Assembly: GCA_028698185.1 (NCBI GenBank) | Contig: JAQVDW010000030.1 | Span: 1 to 21,911, forward strand | Reading direction: 5' to 3' | From: Erysipelotrichaceae bacterium | GTDB lineage: Bacteria > Bacillota_I > Bacilli_A > Erysipelotrichales > Coprobacillaceae | Length of the DNA stretch: 21,911 nt | Program-made: the position numbers and the translations under genes | Shown: piece after piece, positions 1 through 7,537 of the stretch | Layout of the letters: each line of letters opens with the position of its first letter | Position numbering within the stretch: the stretch's first letter is position 1 | Notes under the pieces: model-generated | What the model was told of the DNA's origin: nothing | Database searches by the model: none | What the model saw: only the letters and a program-made list of their open reading frames with translations

Positions 1-144
1 AGTGTCTTCAGTGTATTTTTCTCGATATTCTATGGCGAAGAGGTGACTTTGCGGATGGTCGTGGGATTCGTTGCAATATTTTGCGCCATTGTCGTCTCGA
101 CGACAAAACTCAAGTTTCAAAAATCGGTTAAGGGGGATTTATGA
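1..144 (+). CDS. C-terminal fragment of an integral membrane protein (possibly an EamA/DMT-type permease); the 5' end lies outside the window
   Basis: Frame 1 is open from base 1 to the TGA at 142-144. The translation SVFSVFFSIFYGEEVTLRMVVGFVAIFCAIVVSTTKLKFQKSVKGDL is a GE..T-type hydrophobic helix followed by a basic tail, like the last TM of EamA permeases. Its stop overlaps the next ATG (ATGA at 141-144). Confidence 0.4.
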   Translation, partial: SVFSVFFSIFYGEEVTLRMVVGFVAIFCAIVVSTTKLKFQKSVKGDL

Positions 145-1379
145 AAAGATTATTGATTGTAATGATATGCCTGATTATGGCAATTTCCAATATGACTCAG
201 GTCGCCGCGACCCTAAGTGGGCCGAACCTTTATTCCAATTATGCCATTGCCCTGGATACTCAGACCGGGATGGTTCTTACACAAAAGAATGCCCATGGGA
301 AAATGTACCCGGCGAGCATTACGAAGATCGTGACGGTTGCGGTGAGTCTGCCTTTGATCGAGAATCTCGATGACACAGTGACCATTACCGCCGAGGATCT
401 CGAGACAATATATGAAACCGGAGCCTCATCGGCGAATTTCACCGTCGGTGAGACCGTAACCTACCGTGATCTGGTTTTGGGCACATTGATTCCTTCGGGG
501 GCCGACGCCTGCCGGGCATTGGGGTTCAACCTGTTCGGTTCCCAGGAAGCGATTGTGGCCAAAATGAATGAGCTGGCAGCGAGTTTGTCCCTGACAGACA
601 CTCACTTCACCAACACGACCGGAATCCATGATGACAACCATTACAGCAGCGCTTATGACATGGCGATTCTTCTAAGTTATGCCAGCTCGCTGGCCGGATT
701 CGAAGACTTGTTCGCCCAAAATAAGGCCACAAGTTCAAACGGGCTTCATACCTGGTATAAAATGGTGGTTTACAATGCAAACAACGCCGGCATCGACACT
801 AGCAGCCTTATCGGTTGCAAATCAGGTTACACTTCGCAGGCCAGCCATACATTGGCTTCGCTGACCACCGCCAACAACCATAAGATAGCTGTTGTGGTGG
901 CCAATGCGGAGAAAACCGACACCCAGCATTCGCCGACCATGGCCGACACGATGACTTTGACAGATTTCGTGGCTGGAAACTTCAGTGACATTTCCGTAGT
1001 CGCCCCCAATTCGCAGCTGACCACAGCCCCGGTTGTCGACGGAACTTCGGGTGAGGTCGCCTTGCTTGCCAAGGACGGAGCGGTGGCCTTTTTGCCCGAG
1101 AATTATCAGGAAAAACTCAAGCTCGAGTATCAGGTCGATACACTTGAGGCACCATTGGTGCCAGAACAGACCGCGGGTAAAGTTACAATCAGCTATGACG
1201 GGGTGAAACTGCAGGAAATCGATCTGGTCATCAGGGATTCGGTGGCCCGTGACCATATCTCTTATTTCTTGCATCATCCCCTGGAACTTGTTTTCCCATA
1301 TCTAAGTGGCATCCTCCTCGCCGGGGTCTTCGTGTCCCTGTGGGTCGTTTCGCATAAAATTAAAAAGAAGCGCAAATAA
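141..1379 (+). CDS. Serine-type D-Ala-D-Ala carboxypeptidase (peptidase S11, low-MW PBP) with an N-terminal signal peptide and a C-terminal membrane anchor
   Basis: SxxK motif SITK at residues 59-62 (nt 315-326) and KSG at residues 227-229, spaced as in PBP5. The N-terminus MKRLLIVMICLIMAISNMTQVAA looks like a signal peptide. The C-terminal helix GILLAGVFVSLWVV is followed by KIKKKRK. GGGGG lies upstream of the ATG. Confidence 0.85.
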   Translation: MKRLLIVMICLIMAISNMTQVAATLSGPNLYSNYAIALDTQTGMVLTQKNAHGKMYPASITKIVTVAVSLPLIENLDDTVTITAEDLETIYETGASSANFTVGETVTYRDLVLGTLIPSGADACRALGFNLFGSQEAIVAKMNELAASLSLTDTHFTNTTGIHDDNHYSSAYDMAILLSYASSLAGFEDLFAQNKATSSNGLHTWYKMVVYNANNAGIDTSSLIGCKSGYTSQASHTLASLTTANNHKIAVVVANAEKTDTQHSPTMADTMTLTDFVAGNFSDISVVAPNSQLTTAPVVDGTSGEVALLAKDGAVAFLPENYQEKLKLEYQVDTLEAPLVPEQTAGKVTISYDGVKLQEIDLVIRDSVARDHISYFLHHPLELVFPYLSGILLAGVFVSLWVVSHKIKKKRK

Positions 1380-1408
1380 AAAATTACCTTTTGCAAGGTA
1401 ATTTTTTT
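1377..1408. terminator. Bidirectional intrinsic terminator between convergent genes
   Basis: The 10-bp perfect stem aaattacctt (1381-1390) pairs with aaggtaattt (1395-1404) around the loop ttgc. An A-run flanks it on the left and a T-run on the right, so it can terminate both strands. Confidence 0.8.
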
Positions 1409-2141
1409 ATTCTGCTTCCTCATAGTTTTCAACGTTGTGATAAATCTTGTCGACATCCTCACACTCGTTTAAAAGACGCATCAATCGTTCGAAAAGCTCC
1501 ATGTCTTCCCCTTCGAGAGTGACGTACTCGTTTGGTTCAGTGATGATTTCTTCGATGTCGAATTCCGCAGTCGGACAAGCCTGTTCGATTGCACCTTTGA
1601 TCTTGTAAAGATCAGTAGGTTCACCGGTGATTTCGATGAAACCTTCATCGTTGAGCTCGATATCGCGGCAATCAACTTCACCTTCCATCAGGGCTTCCAA
1701 TGCCTCTTCCTCGTTTAGACCTTTGAAAGTCAAAAGGGCGAAAGTGTCATAATTGAATGAAACAGACCCTTCGTTTCCCAATTTCGATTTTGATTTGGTA
1801 AAAGCCGGGCGGACGAATGAAATTGTCCGGTTCATATTGTCAGTCAGGCATTTCACGATGACAGTCGACCCGTTAGGCCCGTATCCTTCAAATACCTTTT
1901 CTTGATAGTCTTCGGTAACGCCTTGTTTTACTTTGTCGAGGGCTCTTTTGATAACATCAGCTGGAACCTGATTTTTTTTCGCTTTGTCGATAATTCGTCT
2001 TAATGATAAGTTAGAATCCGGGTCCGGTCCACCAGCTTTCGCGAGCAGGTAAATTTCTTTACCGTAACTTGAATACAATTTTGATTTTGCGGCTGCTGTT
2101 TTGGCCATTGCAACTTTACGCACTTCATGTGCTCTACCCAT
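1407..2141 (-). CDS. yebC: YebC/PmpR (TACO1) family protein
   Basis: The N-terminus MGRAHEVRKVAMAKTAAAKSKLYSSYGKEIY and a length of 244 aa are typical of the family. A GGAGG (rc of 2151-2155) lies 9 nt upstream of the ATG. Confidence 0.9.
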   Translation of the reverse strand: MGRAHEVRKVAMAKTAAAKSKLYSSYGKEIYLLAKAGGPDPDSNLSLRRIIDKAKKNQVPADVIKRALDKVKQGVTEDYQEKVFEGYGPNGSTVIVKCLTDNMNRTISFVRPAFTKSKSKLGNEGSVSFNYDTFALLTFKGLNEEEALEALMEGEVDCRDIELNDEGFIEITGEPTDLYKIKGAIEQACPTAEFDIEEIITEPNEYVTLEGEDMELFERLMRLLNECEDVDKIYHNVENYEEAE

Positions 2142-2175
2142 TGTCTAATTCCTCCTGTTTTTCGAATTCCATGTA

Positions 2176-2204
2176 ATTATATAAAAAAATCAAATTCATT
2201 GCAA
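2176..2204 (-). promoter_or_regulatory. Sigma-A type promoter for yebC
   Basis: On the minus strand: TTGCAA (2199-2204), a 17-nt spacer, then a perfect TATAAT (2176-2181). Confidence 0.65.
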
Positions 2205-2357
2205 GGAATCTTGAAAATTAGCAACCAATTATATGACACGACACAAAGGAATGGGCGGGCATGGGGAGCGTTAATGAGATGATTTTCTTCCCCGGGGCTT
2301 TTTGTGCTATTTAAATCTTGCGAATCCGGACAATGTATGTAAATATGTTGTTGAATA

Positions 2358-2366
2358 TGGTAAAAT
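2358..2366 (+). promoter_or_regulatory. Candidate extended -10 promoter for the FAD-FAD-ktrBA operon
   Basis: TGgTAAAAT, with TG at 2358-2359 and TAAAAT at 2361-2366, lies about 27 nt upstream of the ATG at 2393. The -35 is poor. Confidence 0.4.
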
Positions 2367-2392
2367 ATAGGCAGTGACAATTAAGGAGTCTT

Positions 2393-3511
2393 ATGAAAAC
2401 AGTGATAATAATCGGCGGCGGTGCGGCAGGACTGTTCGCGGCGAGCCAACTAAATTTTGACAATATCCGGGTGGTTTTGATCGAGCAGAATGCGAAACTG
2501 GGCAAAAAGCTTCTGGCGACCGGGAACGGCCGGGGAAACATTTCCAATCTGGCGATTGACCAGAGCAGCTTTTACAATGGCGACCGCTTTTTGGATGATA
2601 TCAGGTCGTTCGACGCTCCAGGAGAATTCGAGAAACTAGGAATGCCGGTACGTTTCGACAACAACCTGGTCTATCCCTATTCCAACAGCGCCAAAACCGT
2701 GCTTGACGCCTTTATGATGAATATGGACCGGGTCGAGATAATGCTTGAGACCCAGGTCGTCTCGGTGGTGAAAAAGGACCGCTATCATGTAAATACGAAC
2801 AGGGGCGAATTTTTCGGAGATTTTGTGATCAACGCGACCGGTTCGATAGCCGGAGGCTACAACCCGATTTTAGAAAGTCTCAACGACTCATTGCCGGTCA
2901 AAGTCAATCCCTGGCGCCCGGTCCTGGTGATGTTGAAAACCAAGCCGGTGTACCCGCAGCTCAAGGGGGTTCGGGTCAAGGCCAAAGTCTCGCTGTTTGT
3001 CGACAACCGGGAAGTGACATGGCGCATCGGTGAGGTCCTTTTCAATGATACGGGATTGTCGGGAATATGCATAATGGAATTGAGTCGCTACTGTTGCGAG
3101 TACGCAAATGCCAAGGTAGAGGTTGTGGTCGACCTTCTTCCCAACTATTCAAAGGACCAGGCCTACAGGATGCATCAGGATCATCTCGAACGTTTCGGCG
3201 ATGACTACCGCAAGTTGATCTTCACTTCGAAGCTGGCCGATGTCCTGAAAAATCAGGGAATCACCGACTACAAGAACTTCCGTTTTGCCATCACAGGCAC
3301 CCTGGACTATAAAAGAGCCCAGGTGATGCGTGGCGGTGTCGATTTGGATGACATCAATGACGATTTTTCTTTGAAGTCATGGCCGCACTATTATATAATA
3401 GGTGAGGCTTTGGATGTGGACGGTGATTGTGGCGGATACAATCTCCATTTCGCCTTCACATCGGCAAAAAAAGCAAGTCAGGCTATTTTGGAGGCAGTAA
3501 AGAATGCTTAA
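2393..3511 (+). CDS. NAD(P)/FAD-dependent oxidoreductase, HI0933/YhiN/BaiN-like family
   Basis: N-terminal dinucleotide fold VIIIGGGAAGLFAA. The C-terminal family signature is RGGVDLDDIN...IIGEALDVDGDCGGYNLHFAFTSAKKA. An AAGGAG RBS lies upstream. Confidence 0.8.
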   Translation: MKTVIIIGGGAAGLFAASQLNFDNIRVVLIEQNAKLGKKLLATGNGRGNISNLAIDQSSFYNGDRFLDDIRSFDAPGEFEKLGMPVRFDNNLVYPYSNSAKTVLDAFMMNMDRVEIMLETQVVSVVKKDRYHVNTNRGEFFGDFVINATGSIAGGYNPILESLNDSLPVKVNPWRPVLVMLKTKPVYPQLKGVRVKAKVSLFVDNREVTWRIGEVLFNDTGLSGICIMELSRYCCEYANAKVEVVVDLLPNYSKDQAYRMHQDHLERFGDDYRKLIFTSKLADVLKNQGITDYKNFRFAITGTLDYKRAQVMRGGVDLDDINDDFSLKSWPHYYIIGEALDVDGDCGGYNLHFAFTSAKKASQAILEAVKNA

Positions 3512-5060
3512 AATCAATAATGTGAAAGTGGGGCTCAACGACCAGAATTATCGCCAGATAATTTCCCAGCTGTTGAATCTCCCAAAAAATAAAATAAACA
3601 ATGTCAGACTGGTCAAGCAGTCGGTCGATGCCCGACGGAAAAACAAGCTGGCTTTCATCTGTTCGTTCACTTTTGAAACGGCAGATGAGCACCAGGTCAT
3701 AAAGCTCAATCGCAAGGTCAACCTGCAACAAGTCAAGGAGTACCATTATCCCAAGGTCAAAGGGGAAACTGGAAATGTCATTGTCGTGGGCAGCGGTCCG
3801 GCGGGATTGTTCTGCGCCTACAACCTGGCGCGCAGCGGGCACAAGGTAACCATGATTGAACAGGGAGCTCCAGTGGAACAACGCCAGAAAGATGTGGCGC
3901 GTTTCTTGCAAACGGGGCAGCTGGACCCATCAAGCAATGTCCAGTTTGGCGAAGGTGGAGCCGGGACATTTTCCGATGGCAAGCTGACCACGGGAGTCAA
4001 GGATGTGCGCAAGGATTTCATCCTGGAGACATTTGTCCAATACGGCGCTCATGATGATATTCTCTATGAAGCCAAGCCGCATATTGGTTCAGATGTTCTG
4101 GTAAGCATTTTGAAAAACATGCGTCAGATGATCCTGGAAAACGGCGGAAAGATCCATTTCAACACCAAGATGGTGGATATCCAAATCGAGAACAACCAGG
4201 TCAAAGCCATCACGACAGTCACTGGGCAAAAGGAGGCGGTTCTTGAATGTGACAAGCTCGTTCTTGCCCTGGGACATAGCGCCCGTGACAGCTTCCGCCT
4301 GTTGCATGAGGCCGGCCTGGATATGGAAGCCAAACCGTTTGCGGTGGGCCTTAGAATCGAGCATGGCCGCGATTTCATCAATGAGAGCCAATACGGCAAG
4401 TTCGCCGATCATCCGCGCCTGAAAGCGGCCAGCTACAAGCTGGCGGTCCATCCTGACCAACGGGGCGTCTACACGTTCTGTATGTGCCCGGGAGGGATCG
4501 TCATCAACGCATCGAGCCATGAGGAAATGCTGGTAGTCAACGGGATGAGCGATTACCGGCGCGATCGGGCGAATTCCAACAGTGCCATCCTGGTGACGGT
4601 CAACCACGAAGATTACGGCGACGGGCTGTTTTCTGGAATGGAGTTCCAGGAGGAACTGGAAAAAAAGGCCTTTGCTTTGGGCGGGGGCAATTACCATGTG
4701 CCGGTTGAAAAAATCGAGGATTACCTGGGAATCGAAGGCAATACCATGCTTGATCCAAGCGTGATGCCAGGACACAGCTATCAGGATCTCTCGGTCCTGT
4801 TTTCCCGGGAAATCAACGATGCTTTGAAAAAGGGGCTCCACCTGATGAACGGGAAGATTCCCGGATTCACTGAAAATGCGATTCTCACAGGTGTCGAGAC
4901 GCGGTCTTCATCGCCGCTTCGCATCAAGCGGGATGAACACTACTGTTCGAATATCGCCGGAATATATCCAATTGGCGAGGGAGCCGGTTATGCCGGCGGG
5001 ATAATGTCATCCGCCATTGACGGACTCAAATGCAGCGAGTTTTTAGCTGGAGGTAAATAA
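3504..5060 (+). CDS. FAD-dependent protein of the COG2509 type (uncharacterised dehydrogenase)
   Basis: VIVVGSGPAGLFCAYNLARSGHKVTMIEQG dinucleotide fold, plus the motifs TFCMCPGG, GVETRSSSPLRI and GEGAGYAGGIMSSAIDG. GGAGG lies 9 nt upstream. The start overlaps the previous CDS by 8 nt. Confidence 0.8.
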   Translation: MLKINNVKVGLNDQNYRQIISQLLNLPKNKINNVRLVKQSVDARRKNKLAFICSFTFETADEHQVIKLNRKVNLQQVKEYHYPKVKGETGNVIVVGSGPAGLFCAYNLARSGHKVTMIEQGAPVEQRQKDVARFLQTGQLDPSSNVQFGEGGAGTFSDGKLTTGVKDVRKDFILETFVQYGAHDDILYEAKPHIGSDVLVSILKNMRQMILENGGKIHFNTKMVDIQIENNQVKAITTVTGQKEAVLECDKLVLALGHSARDSFRLLHEAGLDMEAKPFAVGLRIEHGRDFINESQYGKFADHPRLKAASYKLAVHPDQRGVYTFCMCPGGIVINASSHEEMLVVNGMSDYRRDRANSNSAILVTVNHEDYGDGLFSGMEFQEELEKKAFALGGGNYHVPVEKIEDYLGIEGNTMLDPSVMPGHSYQDLSVLFSREINDALKKGLHLMNGKIPGFTENAILTGVETRSSSPLRIKRDEHYCSNIAGIYPIGEGAGYAGGIMSSAIDGLKCSEFLAGGK

Positions 5061-5061
5061 G

Positions 5062-6465
5062 TTGAAGATAATACAGAAATTAAACATCAAGCTGACCAAG
5101 AACTTCACCGGGACCCAGCAGATTGCCGCAAGCTTCTTGATGGTCATCTTCATCGGGGCTGGGCTTTTGTCCTTGCCGGTGGCCAACCGGGGTGCCATAA
5201 GACCGTTTGTCGACAATTTCTTCATCGCGACGTCAGCCACCTGCGTTACGGGACTTACGCCCCTGACTGTGGTCGAACAATATACTGTGTTTGGCCAGGT
5301 GGTTATTCTTGCAATGATCCAGATCGGCGGTCTAGGCTTCATGACGTTGTTAAGCTTCATGCTTGCCAAGGTCCAACGGAAGCTGGCCCTTTCGACCCGG
5401 ATTGTGCTCCAGGAATCGCTCAACCAGAAGACCCTTAACGGGCTGGGTGATTTTGTCAAACGCATTCTGCGGTTCACACTGGTAGTCGAACTTCTTGGCG
5501 CATTCGCCTTGAGTTTCCAGTTCATCCCTGAATTCGGGCTGGCCAAGGGGATATACTACAGCGTTTTCCACTCGATTTCGTCCTTTTGCAATGCCGGGTT
5601 CGACTTGCTTGGTTCAAGTTCGCTTATTGGGTATGCGACCAACTATTATGTCAATGTCGTCATCGCCCTGTTGATCATAACCGGCGGGCTGGGGTTCATC
5701 GTCTGGTTCGAACTTTATGACAGTTTTCTCAAGGAGCGTAAACGTCACGCCAAATTCTCGCTGTCGCATTACGTAACCCATCTTTCGGTGCATTCGAAAA
5801 TCGCACTTTCGGTTACGGGAATCCTGCTTTTTGCGGGAGCTGTTTTGACCCTGATAATCGAATACAACAATCCCGGGACCCTGGGCGGCCATAACCTGAT
5901 GGACAAAATGCTTATTTCGGGATTCACCTCTGTCACCTTGCGGACCGCGGGCTTTGCGACCATCGACATGGCCAGCCTGATGCCGGGAGCTAAACTGATC
6001 TTCTGCCTGTTCATGTTCATCGGTGGTTCGCCGGCTGGAACGGCAGGGGGAATCAAGACAGTCACCTTCGGGTTGATCGTTTTGATGATCGTTTCGATAT
6101 ACAAAGGTCACAGCGATGTCATCGTTTTCAACCGCCGGATCAAGAAGCGTCAGGTTCTGCGGGCCTTCTCAATCTTCATCATCGCGCTCACATTGACGAT
6201 CATGGGGATGTTCATCGTGTTCGCGACGGAAACCCAGCCGGTAATCAATCTGGTATTCGAGATTTTCTCGGCCTTTGGAACCGTCGGACTTTCGGCGGGA
6301 GTGACCGGGGGCTTGAGCGAAATCGGCAAATATGTCATAATAGTTTTGATGTATGTCGGCCGGATCGGTCCAATTACGTTGCTTATCAGTTTTGTCAAAA
6401 AATCGAACAGCGTCTACAGTGAAAATAAGATTCGTTACGTCGACGACAATGTGTTGATCGGATAG
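5062..6465 (+). CDS. ktrB: Potassium uptake protein, TrkH/KtrB family membrane subunit
   Basis: Polytopic membrane protein with repeated selectivity-filter-like segments (TGLT, IGGLG, NAGF, GGSPAGTAGGIKT, GTVGLS). TTG start with GGAGG 8 nt upstream. It begins 1 nt after the previous stop. Confidence 0.9.
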   Translation: MKIIQKLNIKLTKNFTGTQQIAASFLMVIFIGAGLLSLPVANRGAIRPFVDNFFIATSATCVTGLTPLTVVEQYTVFGQVVILAMIQIGGLGFMTLLSFMLAKVQRKLALSTRIVLQESLNQKTLNGLGDFVKRILRFTLVVELLGAFALSFQFIPEFGLAKGIYYSVFHSISSFCNAGFDLLGSSSLIGYATNYYVNVVIALLIITGGLGFIVWFELYDSFLKERKRHAKFSLSHYVTHLSVHSKIALSVTGILLFAGAVLTLIIEYNNPGTLGGHNLMDKMLISGFTSVTLRTAGFATIDMASLMPGAKLIFCLFMFIGGSPAGTAGGIKTVTFGLIVLMIVSIYKGHSDVIVFNRRIKKRQVLRAFSIFIIALTLTIMGMFIVFATETQPVINLVFEIFSAFGTVGLSAGVTGGLSEIGKYVIIVLMYVGRIGPITLLISFVKKSNSVYSENKIRYVDDNVLIG

Positions 6466-6474
6466 GAGAAAGAT

Positions 6475-7137
6475 ATGAAAATAAAACAATGTGCCGTTTT
6501 GGGTTTGGGAGTATTTGGTTCAACAGTGGCAACCACCCTGGAAGAAGAGGGGGTAGAGGTCCTGGCTATCGACAATGACCTTTCTTGTGTCGACCGCGTG
6601 GTTATCGAAGTCACCAAAGCGGTCCAGGCCGATGTGACGGACCTGGCGCAATTAGAAGAGCTTGGCATCGGTGAATTCGATGCCGCGGTTGTCGCTTTGT
6701 CAAACCATCTTGAAGAGTCGATCCTGGCAATCCTGCACCTCAAGGAGCTGGGTGTGCCCCTGGTAATCGCCAAAGCCAAGAACAAGACGGCCAAGTTGAT
6801 CCTGGAAAAGGTCGGTGCCGATCGGGTCATCCGGGCGGAAAAGGAAATGGGAGTGCGGGTTGGCCGTTCCCTGACGCGGACGACAATCACCGACTTCATC
6901 GAACTCAATGACCGTTTCGCAATCGTGGAAATAACCGTGCCCAAGGAATGGGTTGGGAAAAATCTGGCTCAGCTGGATGTCCGGCAAAACTACAACATGA
7001 ATGTTTTGGGCTACAAGAAACGCGATGCCATGCAGCTCGATGCGATTCCTGATAGCCAGTATGTTTTCAACAAGGGCGACAAGGTTCTGGTAATGGGCGA
7101 AGTGAGCAAAATTAGTGAATTAGATACTGAAAATTAG
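6475..7137 (+). CDS. ktrA: Potassium uptake regulatory subunit KtrA/TrkA (RCK_N plus RCK_C)
   Basis: N-terminal Rossmann motif AVLGLGVFGSTVA. At 220 aa it has a C-terminal RCK_C-like segment (VPKEWVGKNLAQLDVRQNYNMNVLGYKK). A GGAG RBS is present. Confidence 0.9.
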   Translation: MKIKQCAVLGLGVFGSTVATTLEEEGVEVLAIDNDLSCVDRVVIEVTKAVQADVTDLAQLEELGIGEFDAAVVALSNHLEESILAILHLKELGVPLVIAKAKNKTAKLILEKVGADRVIRAEKEMGVRVGRSLTRTTITDFIELNDRFAIVEITVPKEWVGKNLAQLDVRQNYNMNVLGYKKRDAMQLDAIPDSQYVFNKGDKVLVMGEVSKISELDTEN

Positions 7138-7166
7138 TTAACACTATTTATATTAAATGTTATAAT
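7138..7166 (+). promoter_or_regulatory. Strong sigma-A promoter dedicated to darA
   Basis: TTAACA (7138-7143), a 17-nt spacer and TATAAT (7161-7166), preceded by TG at 7158-7159 (extended -10). It starts immediately after the ktrA stop. Confidence 0.7.
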
Positions 7167-7186
7167 GTGGAAAAGGAGGGATTCTT

Positions 7187-7513
7187 ATGAAACTCGTAAT
7201 TGCCATTGTCAACGACGATGATGCCCATAATGTTCAAAGCGAATTGACAAAAAACAATTTTTTTGTGACCCGTATGTCGACCACCGGGGGCTTTTTGCGC
7301 CAGGGCAACACAACCTTCATGAGTGGGGTTGATGACGACAAGGTTGATGCAGTTGTCAATATCATCAAGGAAAATGCCAGCAAACGGATGGAAAAGGAAC
7401 CGACTATTCCCCCAACGGAAATGGGCGAATTCTTCAATCCGATGATGATCGATGTCTTGGTTGGTGGGGCAACCGTATTCGTTCTCGACGTTGACCAGTT
7501 CTTGAAATTCTAA
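7187..7513 (+). CDS. darA: PII-like cyclic-di-AMP receptor protein DarA/PstA (DUF970)
   Basis: MKLVIAIVNDDDA...FFVTRMSTTGGFLRQGNTTFMSGV...VGGATVFVLDVDQFLKF closely parallels, from memory, B. subtilis YaaQ/DarA. Length is 108 aa. An AAGGAGGG RBS is present. Confidence 0.85.
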   Translation: MKLVIAIVNDDDAHNVQSELTKNNFFVTRMSTTGGFLRQGNTTFMSGVDDDKVDAVVNIIKENASKRMEKEPTIPPTEMGEFFNPMMIDVLVGGATVFVLDVDQFLKF

Positions 7514-7537
7514 AGTAGCGTCAGCTACTTTTTTCTT
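7512..7537 (+). terminator. Intrinsic terminator-like hairpin after darA, abutting the folC start codon
   Basis: The stem aaagtagc (7512-7519) pairs with gctacttt (7524-7531) around the loop gtca, followed by a T-tract through 7534. The 5' arm overlaps the darA stop codon. The folC ATG follows at 7538. Confidence 0.6.

Noticed and set aside
71-373. A 100-aa ORF spanning the membrane-protein tail and the dac gene start
   Set aside because: It is out of frame with both supported CDSs, has no RBS, and its translation has no recognisable features.
4089-4841. A 250-aa ORF on the minus strand, plus several shorter ones nearby (3483-3911, 5043-5546, 5614-6111)
   Set aside because: These lie entirely antisense to plus-strand genes with clear family motifs (COG2509 flavoprotein, KtrB). 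They have no RBS and their low-complexity, Arg/His-rich translations are typical of shadow ORFs.
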